Shown here: piece by piece, positions 1 through 7,770 of the stretch
Numbering within the stretch: position 1 is the stretch's first letter
How the letters are laid out: each line of letters opens with the position of its first letter
Virus record (IMG/VR): IMGVR_UViG_3300027672_000060
Span: 1 to 28,053 of that record
Strand: one strand, 5' to 3'
Origin: a virus
Taxonomy: Duplodnaviria; Caudoviricetes
DNA length: 28,053 nt
Position numbers and translations under genes: made by a program
Notes under the pieces: generated by a model
What the model was told of the DNA's origin: nothing
Seen by the model: the letters and a program-made list of their open reading frames with translations, nothing else
Databases searched by the model: none

Positions 1-2
1 CT

Positions 3-89
3 GAGGGGTTTACTGCTGAAAAAAATGATAAGCTAGTAGCGATAGCACCGCAAAGAATGAAAAATAACGGATATAACAAACCAAGATAA
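3..89 (+). CDS. 3' end of a gene cut by the window edge (EGFTAEKNDKLVAIAPQRMKNNGYNKPR*), probably the C-terminus of the portal/portal extension
   Basis: Open frame from the window edge to TAA at 87-89, 2 nt before the adaptor ATG. The portal ORF runs off the other end of the window; linking the two is inference. Confidence 0.5.
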   Translation, partial: EGFTAEKNDKLVAIAPQRMKNNGYNKPR

Positions 90-91
90 TT

Positions 92-661
92 ATGAGCTAT
101 GTACTATTTATATCAGAGGCTAAATTAAAGGACTCTACAGCAATTAATCTTAATGTAGATGTAGACATCTTACTTCCATTTGTACGAGAAGCACAGAAAA
201 TCTATGTTGAAACCGCACTAGGGACTGATCTTAACAATAAATTAAAAGCCTTAATTGTAGCAGGTACTGTAAATCTTCCTGCAAATGTAGCTTACAAAAC
301 TTTACTAGATGACTACATAGGGGATATGCTTCCATCGTATAGTCTTTATCACGCTTTTAACTACCTACGTCATAAAGTGGAGAACGGTAATATCTATTCT
401 AAGACATCAGAAACTGGAAATGCTTTAAGTACAGAAGAAGCTCAAAGCTTTAGAGAAGAAATATTAAACACTGGAAGTTACTATCGTGAAAGACTTATAG
501 ACTACATACGTAATAATACTGCAAGTTTCCCTGAATATAATACAAACACTGGAGCAGATGTAAATCCTTCAAGAGAAAATTACTACAATAATATGAATCT
601 AGAAAGACCAAGACAAGGAACTAGACTTACTTTACAAAACTTTTTAAGTTCATCAGATTAA
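92..661 (+). CDS. Putative head-tail connector/adaptor protein
   Basis: 189 aa, helical-looking; N-terminal LFISEAKLK...NVDVD..PFV..AQ..Y....LGT.L pattern seen in Bacteroidota phage head-completion proteins; likely follows portal. Confidence 0.55.
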   Translation: MSYVLFISEAKLKDSTAINLNVDVDILLPFVREAQKIYVETALGTDLNNKLKALIVAGTVNLPANVAYKTLLDDYIGDMLPSYSLYHAFNYLRHKVENGNIYSKTSETGNALSTEEAQSFREEILNTGSYYRERLIDYIRNNTASFPEYNTNTGADVNPSRENYYNNMNLERPRQGTRLTLQNFLSSSD

Positions 662-780
662 TGAAGAAACACTACAAGACAAAACCAATTAACATTACTA
701 AGCTTAAATCTTACTTAGATAAAAAACCTAAAACAAATGAAAGAAGTACAAGACAGTCTTCAGGTCGGACTAGCAAATAG
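661..780 (+). CDS. Small basic hypothetical protein (39 aa, MKKHYKTKPINITKLKSYLDKK...)
   Basis: ATG overlaps the upstream stop (TAATG); below the ORF-track cutoff; translated manually. Confidence 0.45.
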   Translation: MKKHYKTKPINITKLKSYLDKKPKTNERSTRQSSGRTSK

Positions 781-901
781 TACGGCAATAGCTTTTAGTA
801 TTACAGATTGTAATGAATTGCTTACTCTAGTTTCTTTAATTTTAGCAATATCATATACAGTTTACAAATTCATTAAATTTGAAGAACAAAAAAAAAATTA
901 A
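737..901 (+). CDS. Holin-like small membrane protein (54 aa)
   Basis: Manual translation MKEVQDSLQVGLANSTAIAFSITDCNELLTLVSLILAISYTVYKFIKFEEQKKN; hydrophobic segment plus basic tail, directly upstream of the endolysin candidate. Confidence 0.65.
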   Translation: MKEVQDSLQVGLANSTAIAFSITDCNELLTLVSLILAISYTVYKFIKFEEQKKN

Positions 902-1298
902 CCTTTTATTAATTAGAGATACATTCTCAGAAAATTCTGTAATAGGTGAGCTTTTTTTAGATGGAGAAAGGATGTGCGACACTTTAGAGAATCCTTGGCT
1001 AGATAATCAAAGGAATATAAGTTGCATCCCTGAAGGAGAATATAAAGTAAGGCTAAGACTTCCAAGAGAATCAGCAACAAGGGATTATTTGCATTTGCTT
1101 GTAGAGGATGTAGAGAATAGAAGCTACATCTTATTCCATAGAGGTAATACTGCTAAAGACACAAGAGGCTGCATCCTGGTAGGACTAGGTAGCCAACAAG
1201 ACTTTGTTAGTAACTCTGTATTAGCTATGGACTTACTAATCAAAGAAATAGTTAATTTAGGCGGTGAAAATATTAATTTAATAATCAAAAATAAATAA
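879..1298 (+). CDS. Putative endolysin, DUF5675-like (L,D-transpeptidase-like fold)
   Basis: Motifs G.LFLDGE..CDTLE.PW...CIPEGEY and R.YILFH.GN...DTRGCILVG (His/Cys pair); flanked by membrane proteins; start uncertain (TTG). Confidence 0.75.
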   Translation: MKNKKKINLLLIRDTFSENSVIGELFLDGERMCDTLENPWLDNQRNISCIPEGEYKVRLRLPRESATRDYLHLLVEDVENRSYILFHRGNTAKDTRGCILVGLGSQQDFVSNSVLAMDLLIKEIVNLGGENINLIIKNK

Positions 1299-1300
1299 TT

Positions 1301-1495
1301 ATGAAAAAGTTTTTTCAAAAGTACCTTATCGGACAGATGTTAAAGTCTAAGAAATTTTGGTATGCAATCAGTTCTGTAGTAATTCCTGCTATTGTAACGT
1401 ATTTAGGAGTAGACCCTGCAACTGCAACAGAATTATACCACGCTATTTTAGTTCTTATTGTAGGTCAAGGAATTGCAGACGTTGCTAAAAAATAA
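1301..1495 (+). CDS. Holin (two predicted TM segments)
   Basis: KSKKFW followed by two hydrophobic helices and GQGIAD; adjacent to the endolysin candidate. Confidence 0.7.
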   Translation: MKKFFQKYLIGQMLKSKKFWYAISSVVIPAIVTYLGVDPATATELYHAILVLIVGQGIADVAKK

Positions 1496-2204
1496 TCGTT
1501 TTAGATTAAAACCCCACGAGGTAGCAGCTTTACAGAAAATGCGAGAAACTGAAACTAGAAATATTTTAGTCATCGGAGATTTGCACGAACCATTCTGTCT
1601 AGACGGCTATCTTGACTGGTGTTTAGAACAGTACGAAACATTTAACTGTAATCAAGTTATTTTTATTGGAGATTGTATTGACGCTCATGGTTTTTCATAT
1701 CATGAGCCAGACCCAGATGGTATGTCTTCAGGCTTAGAGCTTGAAACTGCTATAAAGAAGATAGCTAAGTGGTATGAAGCATTCCCTAAAGCTGATGTAA
1801 TGATAGGTAACCATGATAGAATGGCAAGTCGTAAGGCTATGTCAGGTGGTATTCCTGCTGCTTGGATAAGGTCTTACAATGAAGTATTAGGTACTCCAAG
1901 TTGGAATTGGTGCGAATCTGTTATATATGATAACGTACTTTACGAACATGGAGAAGGAGGTCAAGCAGCCGCCAAAGCAAAAAACAACCTAATGTCATCT
2001 GTTTGTGGTCATACCCATACACTTGCTTACGTTCAATGGTTCGTAGGAAAAAGATTTAAAGTCTTTGGAATGCAAGTAGGATGTGGAGTGGACTCTACTA
2101 CTTACGCTGCTGCTTACGCTAAGAACTTCAAAAAACAGTCTATAGGTTGTAGTGTAGTATTAAATAATGGAACTCTTCCAATTAATTTATTAATGCCTTT
2201 GTAA
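1473..2204 (+). CDS. Calcineurin-like metallophosphoesterase
   Basis: Motifs GDLH, GDCID, GNHD, HG, GHTH. Confidence 0.9.
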   Translation: MQTLLKNNRFRLKPHEVAALQKMRETETRNILVIGDLHEPFCLDGYLDWCLEQYETFNCNQVIFIGDCIDAHGFSYHEPDPDGMSSGLELETAIKKIAKWYEAFPKADVMIGNHDRMASRKAMSGGIPAAWIRSYNEVLGTPSWNWCESVIYDNVLYEHGEGGQAAAKAKNNLMSSVCGHTHTLAYVQWFVGKRFKVFGMQVGCGVDSTTYAAAYAKNFKKQSIGCSVVLNNGTLPINLLMPL

Positions 2205-2281
2205 TGCAATTAAAGGATTCTACTAAACTTTCTTTATTTTATATTCTATTAATTATAATAGTATTATTCTTTAGTTTATAG
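2204..2281 (+). CDS. 25-aa single-TM peptide (MQLKDSTKLSLFYILLIIIVLFFSL)
   Basis: TAATG coupling to the upstream gene; strongly hydrophobic. Confidence 0.4.
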   Translation: MQLKDSTKLSLFYILLIIIVLFFSL

Positions 2282-2293
2282 CACCCCCTCTTA

Positions 2294-2321
2294 GCCTTTT
2301 TAGGCACTTTCTTTTCTTTTT
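2294..2321 (+). terminator. Weak intrinsic terminator at the end of the late/lysis operon
   Basis: GCCT-TTTT-AGGC hairpin followed by a pyrimidine/T-rich tract. Confidence 0.35.
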
Positions 2322-2375
2322 AATGGTAATATACTAGACAAGCAATAAAGTTTGTCCTAGATGTAAACACCTTAA

Positions 2376-2411
2376 TTGTTAATAACTTTGTTTATCATTC
2401 TGTTTATAATA
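2376..2411 (+). repeat. Three 12-bp-period imperfect direct repeats with DnaA-box-like cores (TGTTAATAA, TGTTTATCA, TGTTTATAA)
   Basis: ttgttaataact / ttgtttatcatt / ctgtttataata, read directly from the sequence. Confidence 0.55.
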
Positions 2412-2430
2412 TTATATTTTTATATCTTTG
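2399..2430 (+). promoter_or_regulatory. Bacteroidota housekeeping-sigma type early promoter (-7 TATCTTTG at 2423-2430; -33-like TCTG 20 nt upstream)
   Basis: Matches the established Bacteroidota TTTG-N19-21-TAnnTTTG consensus; lies in the largest intergenic gap, ahead of the early operon. Confidence 0.7.
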
Positions 2431-2455
2431 CTTCATAATTAATCAAATAAATATT

Positions 2456-2563
2456 ATGAAAAATTTACTCTCAACACTTTTAGGAATAGCAGGACTTTTC
2501 GGCTGCTTATATATACTACTAGCGTCTATTACGCTTTTAGAACTTTTTTTAGGATTAAGATAA
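2456..2563 (+). CDS. 35-aa hydrophobic membrane peptide, first gene of the early operon
   Basis: MKNLLSTLLGIAGLFGCLYILLASITLLELFLGLR; A-rich leader; TAATG coupling to the next gene. Confidence 0.6.
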   Translation: MKNLLSTLLGIAGLFGCLYILLASITLLELFLGLR

Positions 2564-2772
2564 TGCAATATAAAATGAAAGAAGCAACTACTAAGCAGGA
2601 AGCTATTATTAGCTTGTTAGACGTACAATCTAATCAACCTGTACTTTTACCTGACAATACAGTATTAACTGAGGACGGAATGCAGTCTTTATCTTTTCAA
2701 ACTGTAAGAGATTTATATGTTAAGGTAAAATCAGCTTACTATAATTCGCAGGATAACTCAAAAAGATTTTAA
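2563..2772 (+). CDS. Hypothetical protein
   Basis: ORF tightly packed in the early operon. Confidence 0.65.
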   Translation: MQYKMKEATTKQEAIISLLDVQSNQPVLLPDNTVLTEDGMQSLSFQTVRDLYVKVKSAYYNSQDNSKRF

Positions 2773-2773
2773 G

Positions 2774-3163
2774 ATGACAATACAAGACGCAGAATATTTA
2801 GAATACAATACATTGGATTTAATTTGCCAAGACTTTTTTTATAAGTCAGATGGATATTCATCAGATTCAAAATGGAATAGTAGGCTATTTACAATGGATA
2901 ATGACTTAGTTGGAGATGAAAGGTCAATAAGGATTTATGGAACACAAGAGCAATTAGACTTAGCAAGTGTTGAATATAGAAAGAAAAACAGACTAATACT
3001 TGATGAAGTTTACAATTTCAAAGTAGAACCAAAAGGGTCTTATTGGAATGACATCTTAGAAATAACAGAAGAAGATAATCACAAGGTAGCTAATAAGCTA
3101 AAACATTACAACAAGCTTTATAACCAAAAAGGTAGAAAAGCATTAATTTTAAGAACAAGATAA
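2774..3163 (+). CDS. Hypothetical protein
   Basis: 129-aa ORF coupled to its neighbours. Confidence 0.7.
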   Translation: MTIQDAEYLEYNTLDLICQDFFYKSDGYSSDSKWNSRLFTMDNDLVGDERSIRIYGTQEQLDLASVEYRKKNRLILDEVYNFKVEPKGSYWNDILEITEEDNHKVANKLKHYNKLYNQKGRKALILRTR

Positions 3164-3726
3164 TGAAAACAGAAAGCAAGCAGGACTATTTAATAGCTAT
3201 TCAAAGCGAATTGAAAGCTCCTAAGAATCAATTTAACAGTTTTGGTAAGTATAAGTATAGAAGTGCAGAAGACATCTTAGAAGCCGTTAAACCACTTTTA
3301 AAGAAGTATGGTTGTTACTTAACGATAACAGAAACGACTCAAGAGATTGCAGGTTATTTAGTTTTAACATCTAAAGTAAGTATTTCAGATGGAGAAAAGA
3401 CTATATATGTTGAAGCTCAAGCAGGGATTAATCCAGAACGTAAAGGAATGGATATTGCTCAGTCGTTCGGATCAAGTAGTTCTTACGCTAAAAAGTATGC
3501 ACTTGGTAACTTATTCTTATTAGATGACACTAAAGACGTTGATAGTAATAAGGTAAACGAACCTATTTCAAAACCTGAAATGACTACTGACATTTACAAT
3601 ATTATGTTAGAATTTATCAATACAGGGAAAGGTTCAGCAGTAATGTCTAAGATGAGAAACTACTCAATGTCAGAAAAGCAAGAAAGTACATTGATGAAAA
3701 TGTTAAAACAACAAATAAATAATTAA
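3163..3726 (+). CDS. erf: ERF-family single-strand annealing recombinase
   Basis: LKAPKNQFNSFGKYKYRSAEDILEAVKPLL and Q.FGSSSSYAKKYAL..LF.LDDTKD.D signatures. Confidence 0.9.
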   Translation: MKTESKQDYLIAIQSELKAPKNQFNSFGKYKYRSAEDILEAVKPLLKKYGCYLTITETTQEIAGYLVLTSKVSISDGEKTIYVEAQAGINPERKGMDIAQSFGSSSSYAKKYALGNLFLLDDTKDVDSNKVNEPISKPEMTTDIYNIMLEFINTGKGSAVMSKMRNYSMSEKQESTLMKMLKQQINN

Positions 3727-3760
3727 TTAATAAAGACCTGCAAAATCAGGCACTATAAAA

Positions 3761-4096
3761 ATGGAAGTAAAAGGAAAACTAGTAAAGAAGTTAGCTGTTG
3801 AATCAGGAGTTAGCAAATCAGGAAAAGAATGGAGGAAACAATCTATCGTAATTGATACAGGAGGAGAATTTAATAATGAAGTCTGTGTAAGTGCCTTTGG
3901 TGATAAGATGGATTCAATGAACAAACTAGAATATGATATGGAAGTTAAAATCTTATGTAATGTTTATTCAAGAGAATATAAAGGAAAGTATTATCATAAT
4001 ATTGATGGCTATCACTTTACTCAAAACTTTATTTCAGGAGCATCTGTAGAATATTCAACTACTCCTCCTTCTATTGATGAAGATTTACCATTTTAA
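3761..4096 (+). CDS. DUF3127-like single-stranded DNA-binding protein
   Basis: GVSKSGKEWRKQ...SREYKGKYY pattern; acidic SSB-type tail DEDLPF; next to ERF. Confidence 0.8.
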   Translation: MEVKGKLVKKLAVESGVSKSGKEWRKQSIVIDTGGEFNNEVCVSAFGDKMDSMNKLEYDMEVKILCNVYSREYKGKYYHNIDGYHFTQNFISGASVEYSTTPPSIDEDLPF

Positions 4097-4097
4097 G

Positions 4098-4613
4098 ATG
4101 ACACAAGAAGATAAATTTAAAAACTTATGCAACCTAACGACATCACTGTTAGGCTTGCGTAAGGGTTCTCTAGGCTACAAAAGTAGAATACAAGAGCTTC
4201 AGGTAGCAAGATCTATAGCAAGCGTAATAGCTAGGATAGAATATAAAATACCTCATTCAACTATAGCTAAGGTAATTAATAGAGATAGAACTTTAATCTA
4301 TCACTATGAAAAGAATCATAAGAATAACTATTCAACATTTCCTAAATACCGAGATATATTTAATAAAGTTTTTAATGCTTTTCAAACTATAGAAGATTCT
4401 AAAAAATCCTTCTTTGACTTGCAACAGCTTAAAGATTATTTAAGAAAAAATAATGTTTTTAATAGTGAAAATGAACAAGTAATAATAAGAATTAAATCAG
4501 GAAAAGTTGGTACAGATATTAAAGTTTCTTACAGGAACTTCTATAATCAATTAGAAAATGTTAAACTTGCACTTCAGAATTTTAAATATGATATTGAAAT
4601 AATTACCTTATGA
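4098..4613 (+). CDS. DNA-binding protein with a DnaA C-terminal (domain IV)-like HTH; probable start at 4098
   Basis: SRIQELQVARSIASVIAR....HSTIAKVINRDRTLIYHYEK resembles DnaA domain IV (R...I..ARQIAMYL.R....SL..IG..F.RDHTTV.HA). Confidence 0.65.
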   Translation: MTQEDKFKNLCNLTTSLLGLRKGSLGYKSRIQELQVARSIASVIARIEYKIPHSTIAKVINRDRTLIYHYEKNHKNNYSTFPKYRDIFNKVFNAFQTIEDSKKSFFDLQQLKDYLRKNNVFNSENEQVIIRIKSGKVGTDIKVSYRNFYNQLENVKLALQNFKYDIEIITL

Positions 4614-5218
4614 AAGAAAAGCCTAACTACTATGCAATAATACCAGCTGAAGTAAGATACAGTAAAGCCTTGACACCTAACGCTAAATTACTTTATGCAG
4701 AGATAACTGCTCTATGTAATATGAATGGTAAATGCACCGCCTCTACTGAATACTTTTGCAGACTTTATGAAGTAAGTAGGGGTGCAGTTCAAAACTGGCT
4801 TAAAATGTTAGATGATAATGGTTATATAACAAGGGTCTTAATATATAGACAAGGTAGTAAAGAAATATTGTCTAGGTACATTAAATTAGTAGACAAGCCT
4901 AGTCTAAAAATGTGTACAGATAATACTAATATAAATATAACTAATACTAATCTTACAGATAGTAATAAAAAGGCTTCTTTTAAAAAACCTACTTTAGATG
5001 AAGTTAAAAATTATTGTATCTTACGCAAAAATAATATAGAAGCAGAAGCCTTTATAGACTTCTATGAAAGTAAGGGATGGCAAATCGGAAAAGAAATTAT
5101 GAAATCTTGGAAGGCTTGTGTTCGGACTTGGGAAAGTAGAGAAAAGAAAAATCCAAAAACTATGTCTAAAATAGATATGCAATTAAATGAATACTTAAAA
5201 GGAAAAGAATACTTATGA
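4610..5218 (+). CDS. Phage replication initiator (N-terminal wHTH, C-terminal conserved domain)
   Basis: YYAIIPAEVRY...LTPNAKLLYAEITAL N-terminus; Asn/Thr linker; FKKPTLDEV..FIDFYESKGW.IG...MKSWKA.VRTWE C-terminus. Confidence 0.8.
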   Translation: MKEKPNYYAIIPAEVRYSKALTPNAKLLYAEITALCNMNGKCTASTEYFCRLYEVSRGAVQNWLKMLDDNGYITRVLIYRQGSKEILSRYIKLVDKPSLKMCTDNTNINITNTNLTDSNKKASFKKPTLDEVKNYCILRKNNIEAEAFIDFYESKGWQIGKEIMKSWKACVRTWESREKKNPKTMSKIDMQLNEYLKGKEYL

Positions 5219-5586
5219 TACAATTAAAAAAAGAAAATATAAATGAACTTAAAGAAAAGGTTTATGAATTAATTGCTAAGACATCAATAGAAATTGGACA
5301 TAAAACAGATGGAAAAACTATGGCTAGTTTAAGTAATATATTTGCAGCAGACTTAATACAAGAGAAAAGATTTGGAAATATGACTTGGAATCAAGTTGAA
5401 GAAGCTTTTCATATTGGAGTAAGGTTTGGTAAAGACGAACCATTCTTAAACATCAGAACCTTTTATAAGTGGGTTTATGCTCATAAATTAAAAATTGATG
5501 ATGCTACTTATCAAGTAAGGACTTTAGGACAGCCAAAAGAAAAGACTACTTATTATCAAGAACCTATTACAAAATTACTAAAATGA
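5215..5586 (+). CDS. Hypothetical protein, possibly helicase-loader-like
   Basis: ATGA-coupled directly after the initiator (lambda P position); function inferred from position only. Confidence 0.55.
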   Translation: MIQLKKENINELKEKVYELIAKTSIEIGHKTDGKTMASLSNIFAADLIQEKRFGNMTWNQVEEAFHIGVRFGKDEPFLNIRTFYKWVYAHKLKIDDATYQVRTLGQPKEKTTYYQEPITKLLK

Positions 5587-5717
5587 AAAAAGAAGAACTT
5601 TACGATCCAGAAAAAAAAGGAACTTTTAAGATGATGTTTGGATTTCCACAACCTACAAGAATGGTTAGAAAAATATCTTATGGAAAAGAATATAAAGTTA
5701 ATTTAAAAGTATTATAA
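5583..5717 (+). CDS. Hypothetical protein (44 aa, MKKEELYDPEKKGTFKMMFGFPQP...)
   Basis: ATGA overlap; fills the gap before 5722; translated manually. Confidence 0.55.
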   Translation: MKKEELYDPEKKGTFKMMFGFPQPTRMVRKISYGKEYKVNLKVL

Positions 5718-5721
5718 AAAT

Positions 5722-6147
5722 ATGATAACAAGACAAACATCAATAGACTGCTTTAATCAAATTAAAGAAGCAGGTTTATTAGCTAAAAGAAGATTTGAAA
5801 CTTTTGAGGCTATATTTAAATCTGCTCCTTGTACTAGACAGGAGGCATTAGAACATACTAATCCTATAAATGCTTTATCATTAAGTGCAGCAAGGTTTAC
5901 TGAATTAAGGAGAATAGGAGTTATATATGAAAAAGATGTAAGACCTTGTAAAGTAACAGGAAGAAATGTAATAGTGTGGGATCTAACTGATAAATTACCA
6001 TTTCACAAAAAAATACTTAGCAAAACAAAAAGCCAAAAAAAAATTGAGGCTTTAAATTCATTACGCTTATTATATAAAAAGAAAGTAAAAGATTATAGTA
6101 CTGATGAGGATTGGAAAATAGTTGCTGATTTGATTAAGAGTATATGA
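5722..6147 (+). CDS. Hypothetical protein, probable winged-helix DNA-binding domain
   Basis: T..E.....SARFTELRRIGVI.....R.CKVTGR..IVW pattern. Confidence 0.6.
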   Translation: MITRQTSIDCFNQIKEAGLLAKRRFETFEAIFKSAPCTRQEALEHTNPINALSLSAARFTELRRIGVIYEKDVRPCKVTGRNVIVWDLTDKLPFHKKILSKTKSQKKIEALNSLRLLYKKKVKDYSTDEDWKIVADLIKSI

Positions 6148-6980
6148 AAGATAAATTATTAGTATGTACTTTTAGTGGAGGAAGAACCTCAGCTTTTATG
6201 GGATTGTTATTGCAAGACCTTCCAAAATACAAAGACTATGAAAAGGTTTTTATATTTGCTAATACAGGTAAAGAATTACCACAAACCTTAGATTTTATAA
6301 ATAAATGCGACAAGGAATGGAATCTAAATATAGTATGGCTTGAAGCTAATGTAGTATATGAGAAGGGTGTAGCTACTAACTATAAAGTTGTTAATTATGA
6401 AACAGCAAGTAGAGATGGGAAGCCTTTTGAAGATATGCTTAAAAAATATCCTTTGCCAAATAATATGGCATCAAATTGTACTAGAGAACTAAAGCAAAGA
6501 CCTATTGATAAATATGTAAAATCACTTGCTTACAAGGAGGTTTATACTGCTATGGGAATTAGGTTTGATGAAAGACACCGAGAAAGTAATTCAGCAGCAA
6601 AACAAAATATAGTTTATCCTTTGATTTATGATTTGAAAGTAGATAATAAATTCATAAGAGATTGGTGGGATAGACAGACTTTTGATTTAGAGTTGAAGGA
6701 CTATGAAGGTAATTGTGATTTATGTTTTAAGAAGTCTTTAAAAAAGAGATTAACTATAATAAAAGAAAAGCCTGAGGTTGCTGATTGGTGGTTAAAAATG
6801 GAACAAGATTATAGTAGTGAAGCTATACCAAGATTTGATTTAAGAACTAACAAAAGCATTAAACAATTAATAGAAATGGCTAAAAAACCATTTAATCAAG
6901 CAAAAGATTTACACGAATTAGATAAGGAGCAATGTGATTTATTTGATTATGAAACAGATTGCTTCTGTAAAGCAAATTAA
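6144..6980 (+). CDS. PAPS-reductase-like (PP-loop, adenine nucleotide alpha-hydrolase) protein
   Basis: FSGGRTS PP-loop, FANTGKE, CTRELK, GIRFDE..R, YPL, GNCDLCF. Confidence 0.85.
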   Translation: MKDKLLVCTFSGGRTSAFMGLLLQDLPKYKDYEKVFIFANTGKELPQTLDFINKCDKEWNLNIVWLEANVVYEKGVATNYKVVNYETASRDGKPFEDMLKKYPLPNNMASNCTRELKQRPIDKYVKSLAYKEVYTAMGIRFDERHRESNSAAKQNIVYPLIYDLKVDNKFIRDWWDRQTFDLELKDYEGNCDLCFKKSLKKRLTIIKEKPEVADWWLKMEQDYSSEAIPRFDLRTNKSIKQLIEMAKKPFNQAKDLHELDKEQCDLFDYETDCFCKAN

Positions 6981-6981
6981 T

Positions 6982-7392
6982 ATGAAAAAGACAATCAGTA
7001 AACTAAAAAAAGAGTTAGACAAGTGGTTCAGTCTTTTTATCAGAATACGTTCAGCTAATGAATATGGAATGGTTCAATGCTTCACTTGTGGAATAGTCAG
7101 AGGTTACAAGGATGGAATGCAAAACGGACACTTTCAAAGTCGTAAGCATATGGCTACAAGATTCCACGAGGATAATTGTCAGGTTCAATGTATAAAGTGC
7201 AATATTTTTGATTCAGGACAGCAGTACCTTTTCTCGATTAGACTAGACGAAAAGTATGGAGAAGGAACAGCAGAAGAACTAGAGTATTTAGCTAGGACTA
7301 TTCATAAAGTTTCAAGAGTTGAATATGAAGAACAGATAAGTTATTATAAAGACCTTGTTAAAAACTTAAAAGAAGAAAAGCAAATAGCGTAA
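6982..7392 (+). CDS. NinG/Rap-like recombination endonuclease; probable start at 6982
   Basis: FSLFIRIR, CFTC, GHF.SR...ATRF.EDNC..QC.KCN zinc/HNH-like motifs. Confidence 0.85.
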   Translation: MKKTISKLKKELDKWFSLFIRIRSANEYGMVQCFTCGIVRGYKDGMQNGHFQSRKHMATRFHEDNCQVQCIKCNIFDSGQQYLFSIRLDEKYGEGTAEELEYLARTIHKVSRVEYEEQISYYKDLVKNLKEEKQIA

Positions 7393-7409
7393 CTATTTAA
7401 GTATCTTTG
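7355..7409 (+). promoter_or_regulatory. Second host-type (middle?) promoter: -7 TATCTTTG at 7402-7409 with upstream box TTGTTAAAAACTT at 7355-7367
   Basis: Same octamer as the early promoter, 4 nt before ATG 7414; no clear -33 TTTG at canonical spacing. Confidence 0.6.
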
Positions 7410-7413
7410 GCGT

Positions 7414-7770
7414 ATGACAGAACCAATTTACGCAAATGACAAACATCGAGTAATAATAGAAACTTATATTACAATGTGTAAAGAGTTTGCTAAAGAAGTA
7501 AGTACAAAAAGTAGATATAATAATTATTTAGAAGTATTAGAAGTTATTATAGAATATTCAAATAACTATGGTTCTGGAACGAGAGAAGATAATTTTTGGG
7601 ATTGGATGCTTATTATACCTATTAATTTAGCAGTTGCAACAAATGGATTTTTTGCAGGAGTAGAAACAAGAAGTAACTCAGCAGTAGTCAGGGCTTATAG
7701 AATTGTTTTAGATGAGCTAGTACAAGATACAGTAAATAAGATTGATAAGATAGAGCCAATTAAAGAATGA
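7414..7770 (+). CDS. Hypothetical protein
   Basis: 118-aa ORF, near-leaderless behind the TATCTTTG element. Confidence 0.7.
   Translation: MTEPIYANDKHRVIIETYITMCKEFAKEVSTKSRYNNYLEVLEVIIEYSNNYGSGTREDNFWDWMLIIPINLAVATNGFFAGVETRSNSAVVRAYRIVLDELVQDTVNKIDKIEPIKE

Noticed and set aside
2383-2390. Additional TAnnTTTG match (TAACTTTG)
   Set aside because: Overlaps the repeat array, and the nearest TTTG is 28 nt upstream, outside canonical spacing; 2423-2430 fits better.
3737-3750. CCTG-CAAAAT-CAGG hairpin before the SSB-like gene (possible autoregulatory site)
   Set aside because: Only 4 bp; not distinguishable from chance.
6144-6980. Calling this cysH, an auxiliary sulfur-metabolism gene
   Set aside because: Fold similarity only; replication/recombination context and a clamp-like motif argue against it, and no other sulfur genes are present.
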